In this document: one piece after another, positions 62,615-64,000 of the stretch | Position numbering within the stretch: the stretch's first letter is position 1 | Layout of the letters: each line of letters starts with the position of its first letter | From: Candidatus Azotimanducaceae bacterium | GTDB lineage: Bacteria; Pseudomonadota; Gammaproteobacteria; Pseudomonadales; Azotimanducaceae | Direction of reading: 5' to 3' | Length of the DNA stretch: 64,000 nucleotides | Assembly: GCA_965203615.1 (NCBI GenBank) | Contig: OZ241900.1 | Location: 3,879,350 to 3,943,349, forward strand | Translations under genes and position numbers: made by a program | The notes under the pieces: generated by a model | Told to the model about the DNA's origin: nothing | The model's input: only the letters and a program-made list of their open reading frames with translations | The model's database searches: none

Positions 62615-64000
62615 ATGGCCGCAAACGTCGATCTTGCCAACCCGGACTTCTATATCAATCGGGAGATCTCCTTTCTCCGATTCAACCGGCGCGTGCTCGA
62701 GCAGGCGAAGAATCCCGACGTGCCGCTCCTGGAGCGTCTCCGGTTCCTCTGCATCACGAGTTCGAATCTCGACGAGTTCTTCGAGATTCGCGTGGCGGGT
62801 CTGAAGCAGCGGAACGCGCTGGGGTCTACGCAGCGGGGGCCGGAAAACCAGACTCCGGCGGAACAGTTGAGCGCGATTTCGGTGGAAGCGCATGATCTCG
62901 TGGACGAGCAGTACGGGGTGCTCAACGACATCCTGTTCCCGGCCCTGGAGCAGGAGGGTATCCATTTCCTCGGCAGCGAGCGTTGGGACAAGAGGCAGAG
63001 TCGCTGGCTCAAGCGATACTTCAACTATGAGCTGGAGCCCATCCTGACGCCGATCGGCCTCGACCCGGCGCATCCGTTTCCGCGGCTCCTGAACAAGAAC
63101 CTGACCTTCATCGTGACCCTGGAGGGCAAGGACGCCTTCGGACGCAGCAGCGGCATGGCGATCGTGCAGGCGCCCCGGGCGTTGCCGAGGGTCGTGCGGC
63201 TGCCCGAAAGCAACGGCGAATCGTCTTACGAACTGGTGTTTCTCTCGTCGATCATCGACGCCAATGTCAACGAACTGTTCTCGGGAATGCGCGTCACCGG
63301 TTGCTATCAGTTCCGGGTGACGCGCAACAGCGACCTCTTCGTGGACGAAGAGGAAGTGGACGATCTCCTTCGGGCGGTGGAGGGGGAGCTTCTGTCGCGC
63401 CGGTTCGGAGATGCGGTGCGCCTGGAGTTGGACGAGGACTGTCCCCCCGATGTCGCGCACTTCCTGCAGATGCAGTTCAACCTGGGCGACGACGATGTCT
63501 ACCGGTGCGATGGTCCGGTCAACCTCATGCGGCTCAACACCATCCCGGACGAGGTCGCGCGTCCGGACCTCAAGTACGCGGGTTTCACGCCGAGAACCTT
63601 GAGCCGCATCCAGCGCGCGTCGAACCTGTTCGCGGCCATTCGCGAAGGGGACATCCTGCTGCACCATCCGTTCGATTCTTTCCTTCCGGTGATCGACTTT
63701 CTGCGCCAGGCGGCGACGGATCCGGCGGTGCTGTCGATTCGTCAGACGCTGTACCGCACGGGCGCCGACTCTGCGGTCGTCAGCGCGCTGATCGAGGCGG
63801 CGGCCAATGGCAAGGAGGTCCTGGTCGTCATCGAACTGCGCGCCCGTTTCGACGAGGAGGCCAATATCGAACTCGCCAACAGCCTGCAGGAAGTGGGCGC
63901 CCAGGTGGTGTACGGCGTCGTCGGATTCAAGACCCACGCCAAGATGTCCATGGTGATCCGCCGGGAAGGCAAGCGCCTGGCCCGGTACGCCCACGTCGGG
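62615..64000 (+). CDS. ppk: Polyphosphate kinase 1, 3'-truncated by the window edge
   Basis: Not in the ORF track because there is no stop in the window. My own translation from the ATG at 62615 gives 'MAANVDLANPDFYINREISFLRFNRRVLEQA...LRFLCITSSNLDEFFEIRVAGL...YRTG...GKEVLVVIELRARFDEE', which is classic PPK1. The frame stays open for 462 codons to base 64000. Confidence 0.9.
   Translation, partial: MAANVDLANPDFYINREISFLRFNRRVLEQAKNPDVPLLERLRFLCITSSNLDEFFEIRVAGLKQRNALGSTQRGPENQTPAEQLSAISVEAHDLVDEQYGVLNDILFPALEQEGIHFLGSERWDKRQSRWLKRYFNYELEPILTPIGLDPAHPFPRLLNKNLTFIVTLEGKDAFGRSSGMAIVQAPRALPRVVRLPESNGESSYELVFLSSIIDANVNELFSGMRVTGCYQFRVTRNSDLFVDEEEVDDLLRAVEGELLSRRFGDAVRLELDEDCPPDVAHFLQMQFNLGDDDVYRCDGPVNLMRLNTIPDEVARPDLKYAGFTPRTLSRIQRASNLFAAIREGDILLHHPFDSFLPVIDFLRQAATDPAVLSIRQTLYRTGADSAVVSALIEAAANGKEVLVVIELRARFDEEANIELANSLQEVGAQVVYGVVGFKTHAKMSMVIRREGKRLARYAHVG

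Noticed and set aside
62339-63994. 551-aa minus-strand ORF in the last 1.7 kb
   Set aside because: The plus strand from 62615 translates into classic PPK1 sequence with no stop up to the window edge. It is absent from the ORF track only for that reason. The minus-strand ORF is its antisense shadow.

Overview
This is a high-GC proteobacterial segment with no rRNA, tRNA, CRISPR, transposase or integrase that I could recognise. It is dominated by a methylated-amine / tetrahydrofolate (THF) one-carbon catabolic island. Recognisable content: (1) a heterotetrameric sarcosine oxidase operon, soxBDAG (7483-12545, minus). (2) Three paralogous ~810-aa dimethylglycine/sarcosine-dehydrogenase-like genes (23984-26404, 26411-28858, 33433-35865). 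(3) A corrinoid-dependent methyl-transfer module at 14145-18986: cobalamin-binding protein, DUF1638 protein, small 'virulence-factor-domain' protein, pterin-binding methyl-THF:corrinoid methyltransferase, and a 2Fe-2S/ASKHA reductive activator. (4) About 13 kb from that module, a non-pyrrolysine MttB-superfamily methyltransferase closes a tightly packed five-gene minus-strand operon (31836-40633). The operon also encodes a GcvT/DmdA-like demethylase, an unusual MetF-like::formate-THF ligase fusion, and an unassigned protein with an HxD...H motif. A GlxA/GbdR-type regulator lies upstream. Three TonB-dependent receptors are interspersed. One has extreme His/Asp/Glu-rich inserts. Another heads a cluster of two TPR-sulfotransferases, an Asp/Asn beta-hydroxylase-like protein, a small sulfotransferase, a PhyH dioxygenase and a PdxA paralogue. 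The flanks carry a PRPP-synthase-like fragment, an LLM oxidoreductase, a ThDP enzyme, a Baeyer-Villiger monooxygenase plus a Rieske oxygenase, an esterase, a PA0069-type radical SAM gene with an SOS-box-like site, a VOC protein, an RND efflux pair, a decayed M16 peptidase, an acyl-CoA dehydrogenase and the 5' part of ppk1. Three small toxin-antitoxin-like modules, one of them degenerate, punctuate the catabolic operons. Non-genic structure includes an in-frame 33-bp x5 tandem repeat with a palindromic core, a ~111-bp tandem duplication and paired 28-nt direct repeats in a promoter region. All function calls come from reading motifs in the supplied translations; no database search was run.
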